Below are positions 1-11,382 of a DNA stretch of 64,000 nucleotides, one piece after another. The DNA comes from Candidatus Kaiserbacteria bacterium (lineage in GTDB: Bacteria; Patescibacteriota; Minisyncoccia; Phycocordibacterales; Phycocordibacteraceae): the NCBI GenBank assembly GCA_026396715.1, contig JAPLWH010000006.1:42850-106849 (forward strand), given 5' to 3'. The translations under genes and the position numbers were made by a program. The notes below the pieces were generated by a model, which ran no database searches, was not told the origin of the DNA, and saw nothing but the letters and a program-made list of their open reading frames with translations. Numbering within the stretch: the first letter of the stretch is position 1; each line of letters opens with the position of its first letter.

Positions 1-18
1 TATTGCCGAAATTAATAA

Positions 19-597
19 TCAGATGACCTTGAACTCGCGGAAGACGGATGCGAAGCGGGAGATGGTGCGGCGTGCGAGCTCTGCGGAGAGATTGAATGCG
101 GAACCTTCGTGCGCGATCTGATTGCGCACCTTGTGCGCCTCCCACGCATCTTGGAGCGTACTGAAGCGCGACGGGTCGACTGACTTCAGTTTCTCGCCGA
201 TACCAACGCCCGTATACCCTTGCTGCGAGAGCACGTCGTCGAGCATGATGTCTGCCTCGATGATTGCCTCGCGCCACTCGCTCGCGCTCGCTCCCTCGGC
301 AAGCATCTCGATATGCTTCCAGCGCGCATGCACTTCCCTACTTGCTTCCGGCGTAAGCAGGAGCGTGCTGTAAAACTTCTCTTCACGCTCGCGCAAATCA
401 AAGAGACGCACCGTCACATAGATAATGATGAACAGCCCGAGAACGGAGAGTGCGTACCCGATGCCGATAATCCAGAGCCAGAGCTGCGCGAGCCATGCCG
501 AAAGTCCAGAAAGGGTGGTCGAGCCGTAGCAGGCGCCATGGAAGCATTCGTACAAAAGACGGAACCAGTATTCGACATTCATCTGACCTCCGAGCAT
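19..597 (-). CDS. Hypothetical membrane-anchored protein with C-terminal HEPN-like motif (RNQIAH, Rx4H)
   Basis: 192-aa ORF; N-terminal hydrophobic helix (WLAQLWLWIIGIGYALSVLGLFIIIYVTV) followed by all-alpha C-terminal region containing KVRNQIAHEG, matching the HEPN Rx4-6H signature. Confidence 0.4.
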   Translation of the reverse strand: MLGGQMNVEYWFRLLYECFHGACYGSTTLSGLSAWLAQLWLWIIGIGYALSVLGLFIIIYVTVRLFDLREREEKFYSTLLLTPEASREVHARWKHIEMLAEGASASEWREAIIEADIMLDDVLSQQGYTGVGIGEKLKSVDPSRFSTLQDAWEAHKVRNQIAHEGSAFNLSAELARRTISRFASVFREFKVI

Positions 598-639
598 ATG
601 CTTCTAGTATAACCTGACGAAGGTATTTTTTTGAAAAAA

Positions 640-2067
640 CTACTGCGCTACCTGTACTGCGCTACCCGCTGCAAAGAGTATGTGCTCAGCCTGATGCGGC
701 GCCGTGAAGTGCATACCGATCGGCAACACTGTTCCCTCGCGAGCGACCGTACCCATGGGGACGGAAATCGCCGGCATACCAGTCAGGTTCGCGGTTACCG
801 TAAAGATATCTTCGAGATACATCGAGAGCGGGTCGCTCTTCTCGCCAAACTTGAATGCCGGGGAGAGCGTCGTCGGAAATGCGATGACGTCACATGATTC
901 AAATGCCTTGTCATATTCGCGGCGTAGCACCGCGCGGGCGGCATCCGCTTTGCGATAATACGCATCGATATAGCCGGAAGAGAGCACAAAAGTGCCAAGC
1001 AAGATGCGACGACGCGTCTCTTCTCCGAATCCCTCGGTGCGCGAGTCGATGTAATCATCGAGCAGGGTCGTCCCGCGTGCAGCGTGGCCGTAGCGGATGC
1101 CGTCGAGCCGCGCGAGATTCGTAGAAACCTCGGCGGGCATGATGATGTAATACGCCGCAAGCGCATGCGAGCTCGTCGGAAGCTCGATATCGATGAGAGT
1201 ATGGCCGGCCTCGGTAAGCTTGGCGAGTGTCGCATCGAAAGCGGCGAGCACGTCCGCACTCACGCCCTCAGCAAGCAAGTGCCGCGGAACCCCGATGCGA
1301 AGAGACTGCGGAAGTTTGCGCGTCTCATAGAGACCGTCCGAAATGGTGGTGGCATCGAGGATGTCTTTCCCGCGGATAGCTTCGTAGAGGATGCGCGCAT
1401 CTTCGACTGTTTTCGTGAGCGGACCGATCTGGTCGAGCGAAGAGCCCATCGCAATGAGCCCTGAACGAGAAACGGCGCCATAGGTCGGCTTCAAACCGAC
1501 AAGACCGGTCAATGCCGCTGGCTGACGGATGGAACCGCCCGTGTCTGAACCGAGAGCGGCGAGCGCGAGGTGCGCGGCTACCGCAGACGCAGAGCCGCCG
1601 GACGAGCCGCCGGGCACGCGCGAGGTATCAATCGGATTCAGCGTCCTACCGAACGCAGAGTGCTCGGTCGAAGAGCCCATGGCGAATTCATCCATATTGG
1701 TGCGCCCGAGGAAGAGAGCGCCTTGCGCCTTTAGTTTTGAAATAACGGTCGCGTCGTACGTCGCACGGTAGTTCTCGAGCATCTTTGACGCAGCGCTCGC
1801 GACCTTCCCTTCTATTAAAATATTGTCTTTGATCGCGAGCGGGATGCCGCAGAGAAGCGGCGCGTTTTCTCCCTCAGAGTCAATACGTTTTTGTGCAGCG
1901 GCAATCGCTGCATCATCGGCGGCAAAGACTTCCAGATATGCATTGAGTTCCGGATTCTTCTCCTCGATCGCTTTGATACAGGCGTCCCAGAGATCGCGTA
2001 CGGAAACCTCCCGCGCGCGAAGCGCGCGGGCTGCCTCGACTATCGTCAGCTCATTTAGTTTAGCCAT
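640..2067 (-). CDS. gatA: Glutamyl-tRNA(Gln)/Aspartyl-tRNA(Asn) amidotransferase subunit A
   Basis: 475 aa; amidase signature GGSSGGSASAVAA, N-terminal region typical of GatA. Confidence 0.93.
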   Translation of the reverse strand: MAKLNELTIVEAARALRAREVSVRDLWDACIKAIEEKNPELNAYLEVFAADDAAIAAAQKRIDSEGENAPLLCGIPLAIKDNILIEGKVASAASKMLENYRATYDATVISKLKAQGALFLGRTNMDEFAMGSSTEHSAFGRTLNPIDTSRVPGGSSGGSASAVAAHLALAALGSDTGGSIRQPAALTGLVGLKPTYGAVSRSGLIAMGSSLDQIGPLTKTVEDARILYEAIRGKDILDATTISDGLYETRKLPQSLRIGVPRHLLAEGVSADVLAAFDATLAKLTEAGHTLIDIELPTSSHALAAYYIIMPAEVSTNLARLDGIRYGHAARGTTLLDDYIDSRTEGFGEETRRRILLGTFVLSSGYIDAYYRKADAARAVLRREYDKAFESCDVIAFPTTLSPAFKFGEKSDPLSMYLEDIFTVTANLTGMPAISVPMGTVAREGTVLPIGMHFTAPHQAEHILFAAGSAVQVAQ

Positions 2068-2356
2068 GTTGAATGATCTGCTTTACCGACAACGCATCGC
2101 CTTCGCGCGCGGAGAACTGTGCCGCGAGTTTCTCGGTAAAGGCGCCCTGAGCGTGCGGCGCGCCGTCCTCGCGCATGACATTTCGCAATGCCTGCCCGCG
2201 CCGCAAGGCTTCGCCTTGCGGCGCTTCGACCGTCGAAATAGTATCGACGTACGCAAGTATCGCGTCGAATTCGCTCGTGAATTTCTCGAGCTCCGCGTCG
2301 GCGAGCTTGATCCGCGCGAGCGCTGCTAACTTCTTCACCTCCTCAGTCGTTGCCAT
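2060..2356 (-). CDS. gatC: Asp/Glu-tRNA amidotransferase subunit C
   Basis: Internal Met start MATTEEVKKLAALARIKL...; GatC-like ~98 aa; overlaps gatA start by 8 nt; ORF-track upstream extension rejected. Confidence 0.85.
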   Translation of the reverse strand: MATTEEVKKLAALARIKLADAELEKFTSEFDAILAYVDTISTVEAPQGEALRRGQALRNVMREDGAPHAQGAFTEKLAAQFSAREGDALSVKQIIQHG

Positions 2357-2369
2357 ATTTCGCACTCTA

Positions 2370-4385
<2,016 letters not shown>

Positions 4386-4427
4386 TCACTAGAACCCTGC
4401 TGAACCGCCGCGGGCGGCATTCTCGCA

Positions 4428-4922
4428 TTAGTAGCGGGCATTGAGACCGCGCGACACAAATCGTGCGCCGCTCGGCGCCGCCACTATCGCGCACGGAACG
4501 TCATAACCTTGCGAGAAAATATACGTCGATCCGACCGTAGCTACTACCGGCTTGTATACCGTGATGTCGGCACACCGCTTACCCGAGTCAAGCAAGAAGC
4601 GCGTCGTAGTAACCCACAGAGCCGCCGTGTGTGAAAGCGTTACCACCGAAACGGGCGCAGTCGCATCGCACATCATGACCGGCGCTGGCGCGGAAAGATT
4701 TTTATTGAAAGCGAAGGTGTTTAATTTTTGATCAGCATAGAGCGCGCATTCGAGCGCCGCATCAGCAACATAGAACGCATATTGCGATTCGATGGCCGAC
4801 GAAGCAAGCACCTGCTGCTTGTACCCGAGCGAACCGAGCGCAAGACCGAACGTGAGCATGACCGACATGAAAATGACGGCAATGAGGAGCGCAAACCCGC
4901 GTTGTTCTCTTTCTATTGCCAT
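4428..4922 (-). CDS. Pilus-associated minor pilin-like protein (N-terminal hydrophobic segment)
   Basis: 164 aa; N-terminal RGFALLIAVIFMSVMLTFGLALG resembles pseudopilin/PilX-like N-terminus; first gene downstream of three prepilin genes. Confidence 0.45.
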   Translation of the reverse strand: MAIEREQRGFALLIAVIFMSVMLTFGLALGSLGYKQQVLASSAIESQYAFYVADAALECALYADQKLNTFAFNKNLSAPAPVMMCDATAPVSVVTLSHTAALWVTTTRFLLDSGKRCADITVYKPVVATVGSTYIFSQGYDVPCAIVAAPSGARFVSRGLNARY

Positions 4923-5527
4923 GGCATGAGATGGTCATTGACCGTTACCGAATAGGAATTGTTGTGAAAACTCCACGATACGGTGGAGACGATACGTACA
5001 TCATTTGCCGAAACATCGACCGCCTGGATCGTGCGGGTATAGGGAGTCGGTACCGATCCCGCGATGCCGCTCTGCTCAGTGTAGATCCCGTTCGCCAGAT
5101 AGAGCGGCGCGCAGGACGCTCCCGAGCAGGGCTGGAGCGCGAAGCCGCTTCCGGAACCCATGCTCCGCGCCGGGTCAAGCGTGCAAGTCGCCGCGCGGCA
5201 CTGTGTGATAGATCCTGCGCTCGATCCGGTAAGAAAATCAGTCCATGCGGCGGTCGAGACGCCCGTGCCGCCCGCCTGATACGCAAGAAGATACTCATTG
5301 TCACGCATCGCGCGCGCGTACTCAATGCCCTCCTGAGCGAGATACGAAGCGGTCAGTTTCTGACGAGCCAGTTGCGCAGCGACGATCGCGCGACTCGCGG
5401 TAAACAGAGGCCCGGTAACCGCGAGCGTGACGATAGTGATAGCGACCATCGCCTCGATGAGAGTAAATCCGCAGAGCCGTGTTTGCTCCCTGCGCCCGTT
5501 CGCAAAAGAAAAAATAGAACTGCTCAT
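4913..5527 (-). CDS. Type IV prepilin-like protein (minor pilin)
   Basis: Prepilin cleavage/methylation motif CGFTLIEAMVAITIV; start set at internal Met (MSSSIFSF...) because ORF-track start gives an implausibly long leader. Confidence 0.6.
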   Translation of the reverse strand: MSSSIFSFANGRREQTRLCGFTLIEAMVAITIVTLAVTGPLFTASRAIVAAQLARQKLTASYLAQEGIEYARAMRDNEYLLAYQAGGTGVSTAAWTDFLTGSSAGSITQCRAATCTLDPARSMGSGSGFALQPCSGASCAPLYLANGIYTEQSGIAGSVPTPYTRTIQAVDVSANDVRIVSTVSWSFHNNSYSVTVNDHLMPWQ

Positions 5528-5583
5528 TTGTCTCGCTTGCTTGGTAGTGAACCCCGCTGAAGGATGCATGGATTTTTTCATAC

Positions 5584-6105
5584 TCATAGGTCGGAACCGC
5601 GCATGGTTGCTCCGGTCTGGACAGTAAAGGCTTCAGTCTTCCCGGGCCCCGAGGAGACCGTACCGGAAACGATGATGGTAACGCGCGACTGCTGATAGTC
5701 GCCTCGCCTCGCCGAGGGCGTGCCGAAAGAGTAAAACATGAGTGAAGAGATGGTTACCGATGCATCAGTAAGGGCGCGCTGGCTACCGCCCACCGTCTCT
5801 TGTATCGTCGATGCGGAAATGCCGTAGGAGACCGGCACTCCGTTCGCATTCGTGAATGAGAAGCTGCTGGCGCCTCCGGGACAGTCGCCGAGACCGCCGC
5901 AATCGTAGTTCGTGCCGGTACGGATATTGCGCGTCATCGCTTCGAGCGCGAATGAGAGGCTGTTGATGCCGGTCGTGATGCCTTGCGTCTGCCGGTTGGC
6001 GCCGATCATCATGAGATAGGCGCCCGAAGCGAGCAGCATGATAAGCGCGAACATTCCGACCGCGACGATGAGTTCGATGAGCGTATATCCTCGACGCATA
6101 GTCAT
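5584..6105 (-). CDS. Type IV prepilin-like protein (minor pilin)
   Basis: Motif RRGYTLIELIVAVGMFALIM; start at internal Met MTMRRGY; 4-nt overlap with upstream gene stop. Confidence 0.6.
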   Translation of the reverse strand: MTMRRGYTLIELIVAVGMFALIMLLASGAYLMMIGANRQTQGITTGINSLSFALEAMTRNIRTGTNYDCGGLGDCPGGASSFSFTNANGVPVSYGISASTIQETVGGSQRALTDASVTISSLMFYSFGTPSARRGDYQQSRVTIIVSGTVSSGPGKTEAFTVQTGATMRGSDL

Positions 6106-6752
6106 GGGCAGGAAGGCGCTTTCGCAGTTATCTCTCCCGACGCCGCGACTGAGATGAAACGGGTACCGCCTTGAGGCGAAGAGATGGTAAGGCACGCTTT
6201 CGTCCCTTGTATGTTTATGAACGGATCGGGATTCGGGCGCGCAAAGACAATATCGAGCGACGACAGCCCCCCGCCCTGCGCATAGGCGCACGACCAGCCG
6301 CCAAATGAGTAGGCGCAAAAATCGCTCACGATTATGTTATTCCCCAACACATAGTCCATGACTTTTTCTCCCGGATCATACGTGCAGTTGCCGGACTTCG
6401 CGTCGGGAGCACTTGCACCGGCGGCGGGCAGTCCGTGACAGTTCGAAGCGTTCGGGCCGGGAGACGTGTCGGCAAAGAGCGTAAATGACCCGGGTGATAT
6501 CTTCTGAAAATTAAGACCGTACCCTGCGCTCGTTACCCCGTTGACCGCTCGGCCGGCGAGCCCATAGGTTTCGGCTGAACGCAGCGAGAGCGCGATGTCG
6601 TATGCGGTATTCGCGAGGATGATCGTCTTATTGAAAGAACTCTGACTGGAGAGCGTGACCGTCGTTATGGTAACGATGATCGCCAGCACGACCATAAGCT
6701 CGGTCAGCGTGAATCCGGACACTAAGCCGCGACGAAGATGAAAGGATTCCAT
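6102..6752 (-). CDS. Type IV prepilin-like protein (minor pilin/pseudopilin)
   Basis: Motif SGFTLTELMVVLAIIVTI near N-terminus. Confidence 0.65.
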   Translation of the reverse strand: MESFHLRRGLVSGFTLTELMVVLAIIVTITTVTLSSQSSFNKTIILANTAYDIALSLRSAETYGLAGRAVNGVTSAGYGLNFQKISPGSFTLFADTSPGPNASNCHGLPAAGASAPDAKSGNCTYDPGEKVMDYVLGNNIIVSDFCAYSFGGWSCAYAQGGGLSSLDIVFARPNPDPFINIQGTKACLTISSPQGGTRFISVAASGEITAKAPSCP

Positions 6753-7480
6753 TGGGTAAAATAAGCGAGGAGAAAACCGGCGGCCAAAAAAGGCGCGAAC
6801 GGCACCTCAACCCCCATTCTAGAGCCTATGGGCCTCTGCGCCAACATGATTATCCCAACCAGAGATCCTATCCAGAACGAGAAGACAAATCCGGGGAACG
6901 CTGCGGGGCCGACGAGCAGGGCGAGACCGAAAGAAAGTGGAGCGTCCGCGAAGCCCATAGCGCGACCGCCGGATATGAAATGAATGAGTGCAAGACTGGC
7001 CGCAATAAGAAGTGCGGGAAAGAGCGTCGCAGAGAATGCGGCGAGTGATGGCGCGAGCAGGTATCCGGTTACTGCACTGGCCGCTATGAATGCGGCGAGG
7101 AGCCGGGACGGCAATATCTGGTGTGCAAGGTCGTAGAGGACGAGCGCCAGGATGAGAGAGATTGAAAGAAGCATGAATGGAAGCGCCGGGTCGAGACCGA
7201 GCACAGCGTATGCGAGCATGAAGAGGCCCCCCAAGAAAAGTTCGGTAAGGGGCGCAAGAGGCGACAGTCGCGCGCCGCAGCACTGCGCACAGGCGTGCGA
7301 TGCGACATACGAGATGATCGGCACAAGTGCGAAAGGCGAAAGCACCCTGCCGCATGCATCGCAGCGGGAGCGTCCGACAAGGATGCTCTGTCCGGTATTG
7401 AGACGCGCAACGATGACTCCCACGAAGCTCGCGTTGATTGCACCGAGTACGAACAGCACGAGCGCGATCGGGAAAAACAT
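6722..7480 (-). CDS. pilD: Prepilin peptidase (A24 family)
   Basis: 252 aa polytopic membrane protein; N-terminal CxxC...CxxC zinc-binding pairs (CDACGRV, CAQCCGA), multiple TM helices typical of PilD/TadV. Confidence 0.8.
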   Translation of the reverse strand: MFFPIALVLFVLGAINASFVGVIVARLNTGQSILVGRSRCDACGRVLSPFALVPIISYVASHACAQCCGARLSPLAPLTELFLGGLFMLAYAVLGLDPALPFMLLSISLILALVLYDLAHQILPSRLLAAFIAASAVTGYLLAPSLAAFSATLFPALLIAASLALIHFISGGRAMGFADAPLSFGLALLVGPAAFPGFVFSFWIGSLVGIIMLAQRPIGSRMGVEVPFAPFLAAGFLLAYFTQWNPFIFVAA

Positions 7481-7546
7481 GAAAGCATCATAGCAGAAAC
7501 CCGCGGCAAGCCGCGGGTTTCTGCTTCAAAAGAAGTATTCTCTGAA

Positions 7547-8032
7547 CTAGAGCGAGGTTGTGCACGAGCACGAAGTACTAGCCAATGAGGTAATGCCGCA
7601 ATGGCTGCCCTTGCTATCGACACACCAATATGTGGAATTGACGGTTTCCGGCCGCGATACCGCCGCTGCATATTCTGAACCGTTTGAAACGCATAAGGTA
7701 GCGCCGCCAGTGCCTGCGTCGACGAGCGCTGAAGCGATCGCTTTCACAATGGTCCCATCAAGGAAGACGGAACCGGTGCCGGAGGTCGTCGGGCATGACC
7801 CCGGCGTATTTGCCGTGCCGTTGTTGAACGTGCCGTAGGAATTGCTGTTGTCCGAAAGATAGAGCGCCGCCTGAGTGCCGACGGTGTTGAGATTCGCCTT
7901 CACGCCGGCGTCATTCCCTTTCGTGCGTGCCGTATTGAGGGAGGCGAGCACGACCGATGAGAGGATGCCGATGATGGCGATGACGACGAGAAGTTCGATG
8001 AGCGTGAACCCGCGCGAGAAGTTTTTATTCAT
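7547..8032 (-). CDS. pilA: Type IV major pilin (PilA-like) copy 1
   Basis: MNKNFSRGFTLIELLVVIAIIGILSSVVLASLNTAR; Ser/Thr/Gly-rich C-terminus with Cys pairs. Confidence 0.9.
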   Translation of the reverse strand: MNKNFSRGFTLIELLVVIAIIGILSSVVLASLNTARTKGNDAGVKANLNTVGTQAALYLSDNSNSYGTFNNGTANTPGSCPTTSGTGSVFLDGTIVKAIASALVDAGTGGATLCVSNGSEYAAAVSRPETVNSTYWCVDSKGSHCGITSLASTSCSCTTSL

Positions 8033-8038
8033 AGGAGA

Positions 8039-8506
8039 TTAGTTTGAAGCCGGGCAGACCGTAGCTGTACCGAGAGGGGTCGTGCTCTTTGAAGAACCTC
8101 CGGTCGAATCGACGCACCAGCTGCGCGTTTCAGAAGACAGCGGCGACGCGACTGCGTACGCGGTCGCGCTTGAATTACAGACGACAGTGGTGCCGGAACC
8201 GTTTGCGATCTCAGCGGCTTCAATCGCCTTCTTTATGGTCGTATCAGTGGTAAACATGGTGGTAGCAACGGTACAGGAACCAGTTGCGCTGGCATTATTA
8301 CCATAAGAATTATTACCGACGGAACCGCCATAGTAAATCTCTGCCTGGGTCTGGATGGTCGAGAGGTCGGACTGGATAGCGGCGTCATTGCCCTTGGAGC
8401 GAGCCGTGTTGAGAGAGGCGAGCACGACCGCTGAGAGGATACCGATGATGGCGATGACGACGAGAAGTTCGATGAGCGTAAAACCTCGGGAACTATTTTT
8501 GTACAT
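8039..8506 (-). CDS. pilA: Type IV major pilin (PilA-like) copy 2, tandem paralog
   Basis: MYKNSSRGFTLIELLVVIAIIGILSAVVLASLNTAR; ~85% nt identity to copy 1 over 5' ~130 nt. Confidence 0.9.
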   Translation of the reverse strand: MYKNSSRGFTLIELLVVIAIIGILSAVVLASLNTARSKGNDAAIQSDLSTIQTQAEIYYGGSVGNNSYGNNASATGSCTVATTMFTTDTTIKKAIEAAEIANGSGTTVVCNSSATAYAVASPLSSETRSWCVDSTGGSSKSTTPLGTATVCPASN

Positions 8507-8591
8507 AAAATATTGTATACGGTTAATGGATTGATTGTACGCCTAGAAGGGCTCTAATAAAAGCAAGGGTGTGGATAGCCCTCTGCTGCAG

Positions 8592-9797
8592 CTAGATGGA
8601 GCCTGCAAGATTATAAATCGGAAGCAGGATCGCCGCGAGCAATACGCCGACGCCGAGACCGAGGAGCACGACCATGGCCGGCTCGATGAGGCTGACGAGT
8701 GTGTCGACCGAATTCGTCACTTCGCGGTTATAGAATTTGGCGAGCGTCGTGAGTATCTTGCCGAGTTCACCGGTCTCCTCGCCGACTTTCGTCATAGCGA
8801 CCATGATGCCCTGTATCTCCGGATGCTTACCAAGAGAGTCGGAAATAGAGGCGCCTCCTTTTACGTCTGAACCGACCTCGGCGAGGATCGCCGCGTAGAC
8901 GGAATTCCCCACAACCGAACCCGCAATCTCAATCGTCTCGACGACCGAGACGCCCGAAAGGAGCATCGTCGCGAGATTGTCCGCAATGCGAGAAAGATAC
9001 AGCTTCTTATAAAGGTCGCCGATGTAGGGAACACTAAGCTTCACTCCATCTAGTACGAGCCTTCCACGTTCAGTCTGCCCCAACCTCCACAGATAAAAGA
9101 TGCCTGCCGCAAACGCAATGAACAAGAAGATGCCGTACTGCACGAGAAAATTCGAGAAGCCGATGATGATGCGAGTATAGATTGGGATCTCCTGACCTGA
9201 ATCAAGCAAGACGGCGCTAATCTTCGGAATGACGAGCGTGAGCATAAGCGCCATTACGCCGATGAAGACCACGACGACGAAAAGTGGATAGATGAGCGCG
9301 TTCTCGGCCTTACTGACCAAGTCGTAAGAACGATCGAGATAATCGGCAAGATAATTGAATGTTTCTGACAATTTTCCCGACTCTTCTCCCGCCCGAACCA
9401 TATTCACATAGAACACCGTAAAGACTTTCGGATGACGTGAAAGCGCCTTACTGATAGGACTTCCACTCTGAAGGTCGTCTCCCACGACAGAAAGAACGTT
9501 CGCAAGTGTCTTACTCTCGACCTCGGCAGCAAGAAGACGGAAGATTCTGAGGGCGGACACTTGCGCCTCAAAGAGAGTGGCTATCTGGCGTGACAGAATG
9601 ACAACATCTTTGTTGGATACCCTACTTAAAAATGCCAGACCAAGATCAAACAATGCGTGTTTTTCGGTAGATTCGATTACCGAGACAATGAGATTGCGCC
9701 GCTGCAGCGCGGTAACCGCAGTTTCCTGTGACGGAGCCTCGATAGTTCCGTCGCGCTCGTGCCCATCCTGATCGATAGCATGATAGGTAAAAAGCAT
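8592..9797 (-). CDS. pilC: Type IV pilus assembly platform protein PilC (GspF family)
   Basis: 401 aa; two T2SSF repeats, three TM segments. Confidence 0.9.
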   Translation of the reverse strand: MLFTYHAIDQDGHERDGTIEAPSQETAVTALQRRNLIVSVIESTEKHALFDLGLAFLSRVSNKDVVILSRQIATLFEAQVSALRIFRLLAAEVESKTLANVLSVVGDDLQSGSPISKALSRHPKVFTVFYVNMVRAGEESGKLSETFNYLADYLDRSYDLVSKAENALIYPLFVVVVFIGVMALMLTLVIPKISAVLLDSGQEIPIYTRIIIGFSNFLVQYGIFLFIAFAAGIFYLWRLGQTERGRLVLDGVKLSVPYIGDLYKKLYLSRIADNLATMLLSGVSVVETIEIAGSVVGNSVYAAILAEVGSDVKGGASISDSLGKHPEIQGIMVAMTKVGEETGELGKILTTLAKFYNREVTNSVDTLVSLIEPAMVVLLGLGVGVLLAAILLPIYNLAGSI

Positions 9798-9800
9798 ACG

Positions 9801-10862
9801 TTATAGATAGCGCTCGAAAGTCTTCGAATCCAACGAATGCTCATACGCATGCTCGACTGTTATTTCTCCTCGATGCACAAGGTCAGCGAGCGAACGATCC
9901 ATATCGATCATACCCTCCTGCGACGACGTCTGAATTACTGAGCTTATTTCATGCGTCCGCGCGTCGCGAATAAGCGTGCTGACCGCATTATTATTAATAA
10001 GAAGCTCATACGCCGGAATAAGCCCTCCTGAGACGCGCGGAATGAGTCGCTGCGAAAAGATACCGATAAGCGAACCAGCGAGCTGTACGCGCACTTGCGC
10101 CTGCTGCTCAGAGGGGAACATGTCAATGATACGGTCGATGGTCTGTGCGGCATTGTTGGTATGGAGCGTCGAGAGGACGAGGTGTCCGGTCTCGGCAGCG
10201 GTTACCGCTGAAGAAATGGTTTCGTAGTCGCGCATCTCGCCGACCATGATCACGTCCACATCTTCGCGAAACGCACTCTGAAGCGCTGTATGAAAATCGG
10301 ACGTGTCGATATGCACCTCGCGTTGATGGATGAGTGATTTTTTCGGCGTGAAGAGATACTCGACCGGATCCTCGATGGTAAGGATGTGCTCCGCGCGCGT
10401 GTCATTGACCCGATCGATCATCGCGGCGAGCGTCGTCGACTTGCCCTGCCCTACCGGCCCGACGACAAGGAAGAAGCCCTGTTCGCGTTGCGTGAACACT
10501 TCGAGGATTGGCGGGAGATTGAGTTCGGTAAAAGTATGAATGGTGCGTGGGATGAGCCGAAGTGCGAGCGCCGTCGTTCCCTGCACACGATAGCCATTGA
10601 TACGGAATCGTATATCCGCTTTGTGCGCATAAGAAAGGTCGATCGTCTGATTCTCTTGGAACGAACCCCAACGGCTCTCGGGCACGATACTCCGCAACAT
10701 GTCCTCTGTTTCCGTTTCCGTCAGTGCCGGATACTTGGTGAGCGGAATGAGCGCTCCGGAAACACGAATCATCGGCGACCCGCCCGCAAAAAGATGGAGG
10801 TCCGACCCACCCTCTTTGACGACGAGATCGAGCAATTCTGCAAGGTTGGTGTTAATGGTCAT
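9801..10862 (-). CDS. pilT: Twitching motility/retraction ATPase PilT
   Basis: 353 aa; Walker A GPVGQGKSTT, Asp box, His box typical of PilT. Confidence 0.9.
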   Translation of the reverse strand: MTINTNLAELLDLVVKEGGSDLHLFAGGSPMIRVSGALIPLTKYPALTETETEDMLRSIVPESRWGSFQENQTIDLSYAHKADIRFRINGYRVQGTTALALRLIPRTIHTFTELNLPPILEVFTQREQGFFLVVGPVGQGKSTTLAAMIDRVNDTRAEHILTIEDPVEYLFTPKKSLIHQREVHIDTSDFHTALQSAFREDVDVIMVGEMRDYETISSAVTAAETGHLVLSTLHTNNAAQTIDRIIDMFPSEQQAQVRVQLAGSLIGIFSQRLIPRVSGGLIPAYELLINNNAVSTLIRDARTHEISSVIQTSSQEGMIDMDRSLADLVHRGEITVEHAYEHSLDSKTFERYL

Positions 10863-10865
10863 ATA

Positions 10866-11258
10866 TCAATTTGATTTCCCTGCTTCGATAATGCGCATGG
10901 TTTCAGCGAATACTTCAGACGGGATTGCAGATGCCTTTATGATGTAGCCGTCGACCGCGAACTGTTTCGCTTTCTCGATATCGGAATCCTGACCCTGATT
11001 CGAGAGGATGATGATCTTTGAACCCTTTGCGAGCTGCTCCTTCCGTATCGCCTCAAGCGTTCCGAAGCCACCCATGCCAGGCATGATGATGTCGATAAGA
11101 ATTGCCTCCGGCACAAGAGCGCCTTCTTTTCGAAGAGTCACAAGGAGATCCTCGCCGCTCCCGAAGGCACTGACTTCGTGACCGGCATTTTTGAACTTGA
11201 CCGCGTAGAGATCGAGAAGGAATCGGTCATCGTCAACAAGATAGATATGGTAGGCCAT
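10866..11258 (-). CDS. Single-domain response regulator (CheY-like receiver)
   Basis: Start at MAYHIYLVDDD; conserved D..D, phospho-acceptor D in ILIDIIMPGMGG, K in receiver fold. Confidence 0.75.
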   Translation of the reverse strand: MAYHIYLVDDDRFLLDLYAVKFKNAGHEVSAFGSGEDLLVTLRKEGALVPEAILIDIIMPGMGGFGTLEAIRKEQLAKGSKIIILSNQGQDSDIEKAKQFAVDGYIIKASAIPSEVFAETMRIIEAGKSN

Positions 11259-11382
11259 TGTTGGATAGTATACCCCGTTAGGATATAAACCCTCTCTCAT
11301 CTAACCCACTCATTGTGGACAGTACAAAAATACCGGCAACGTATCCAAAAATAGAATATCTTACCGAGTCCGCCCCGCGCTC

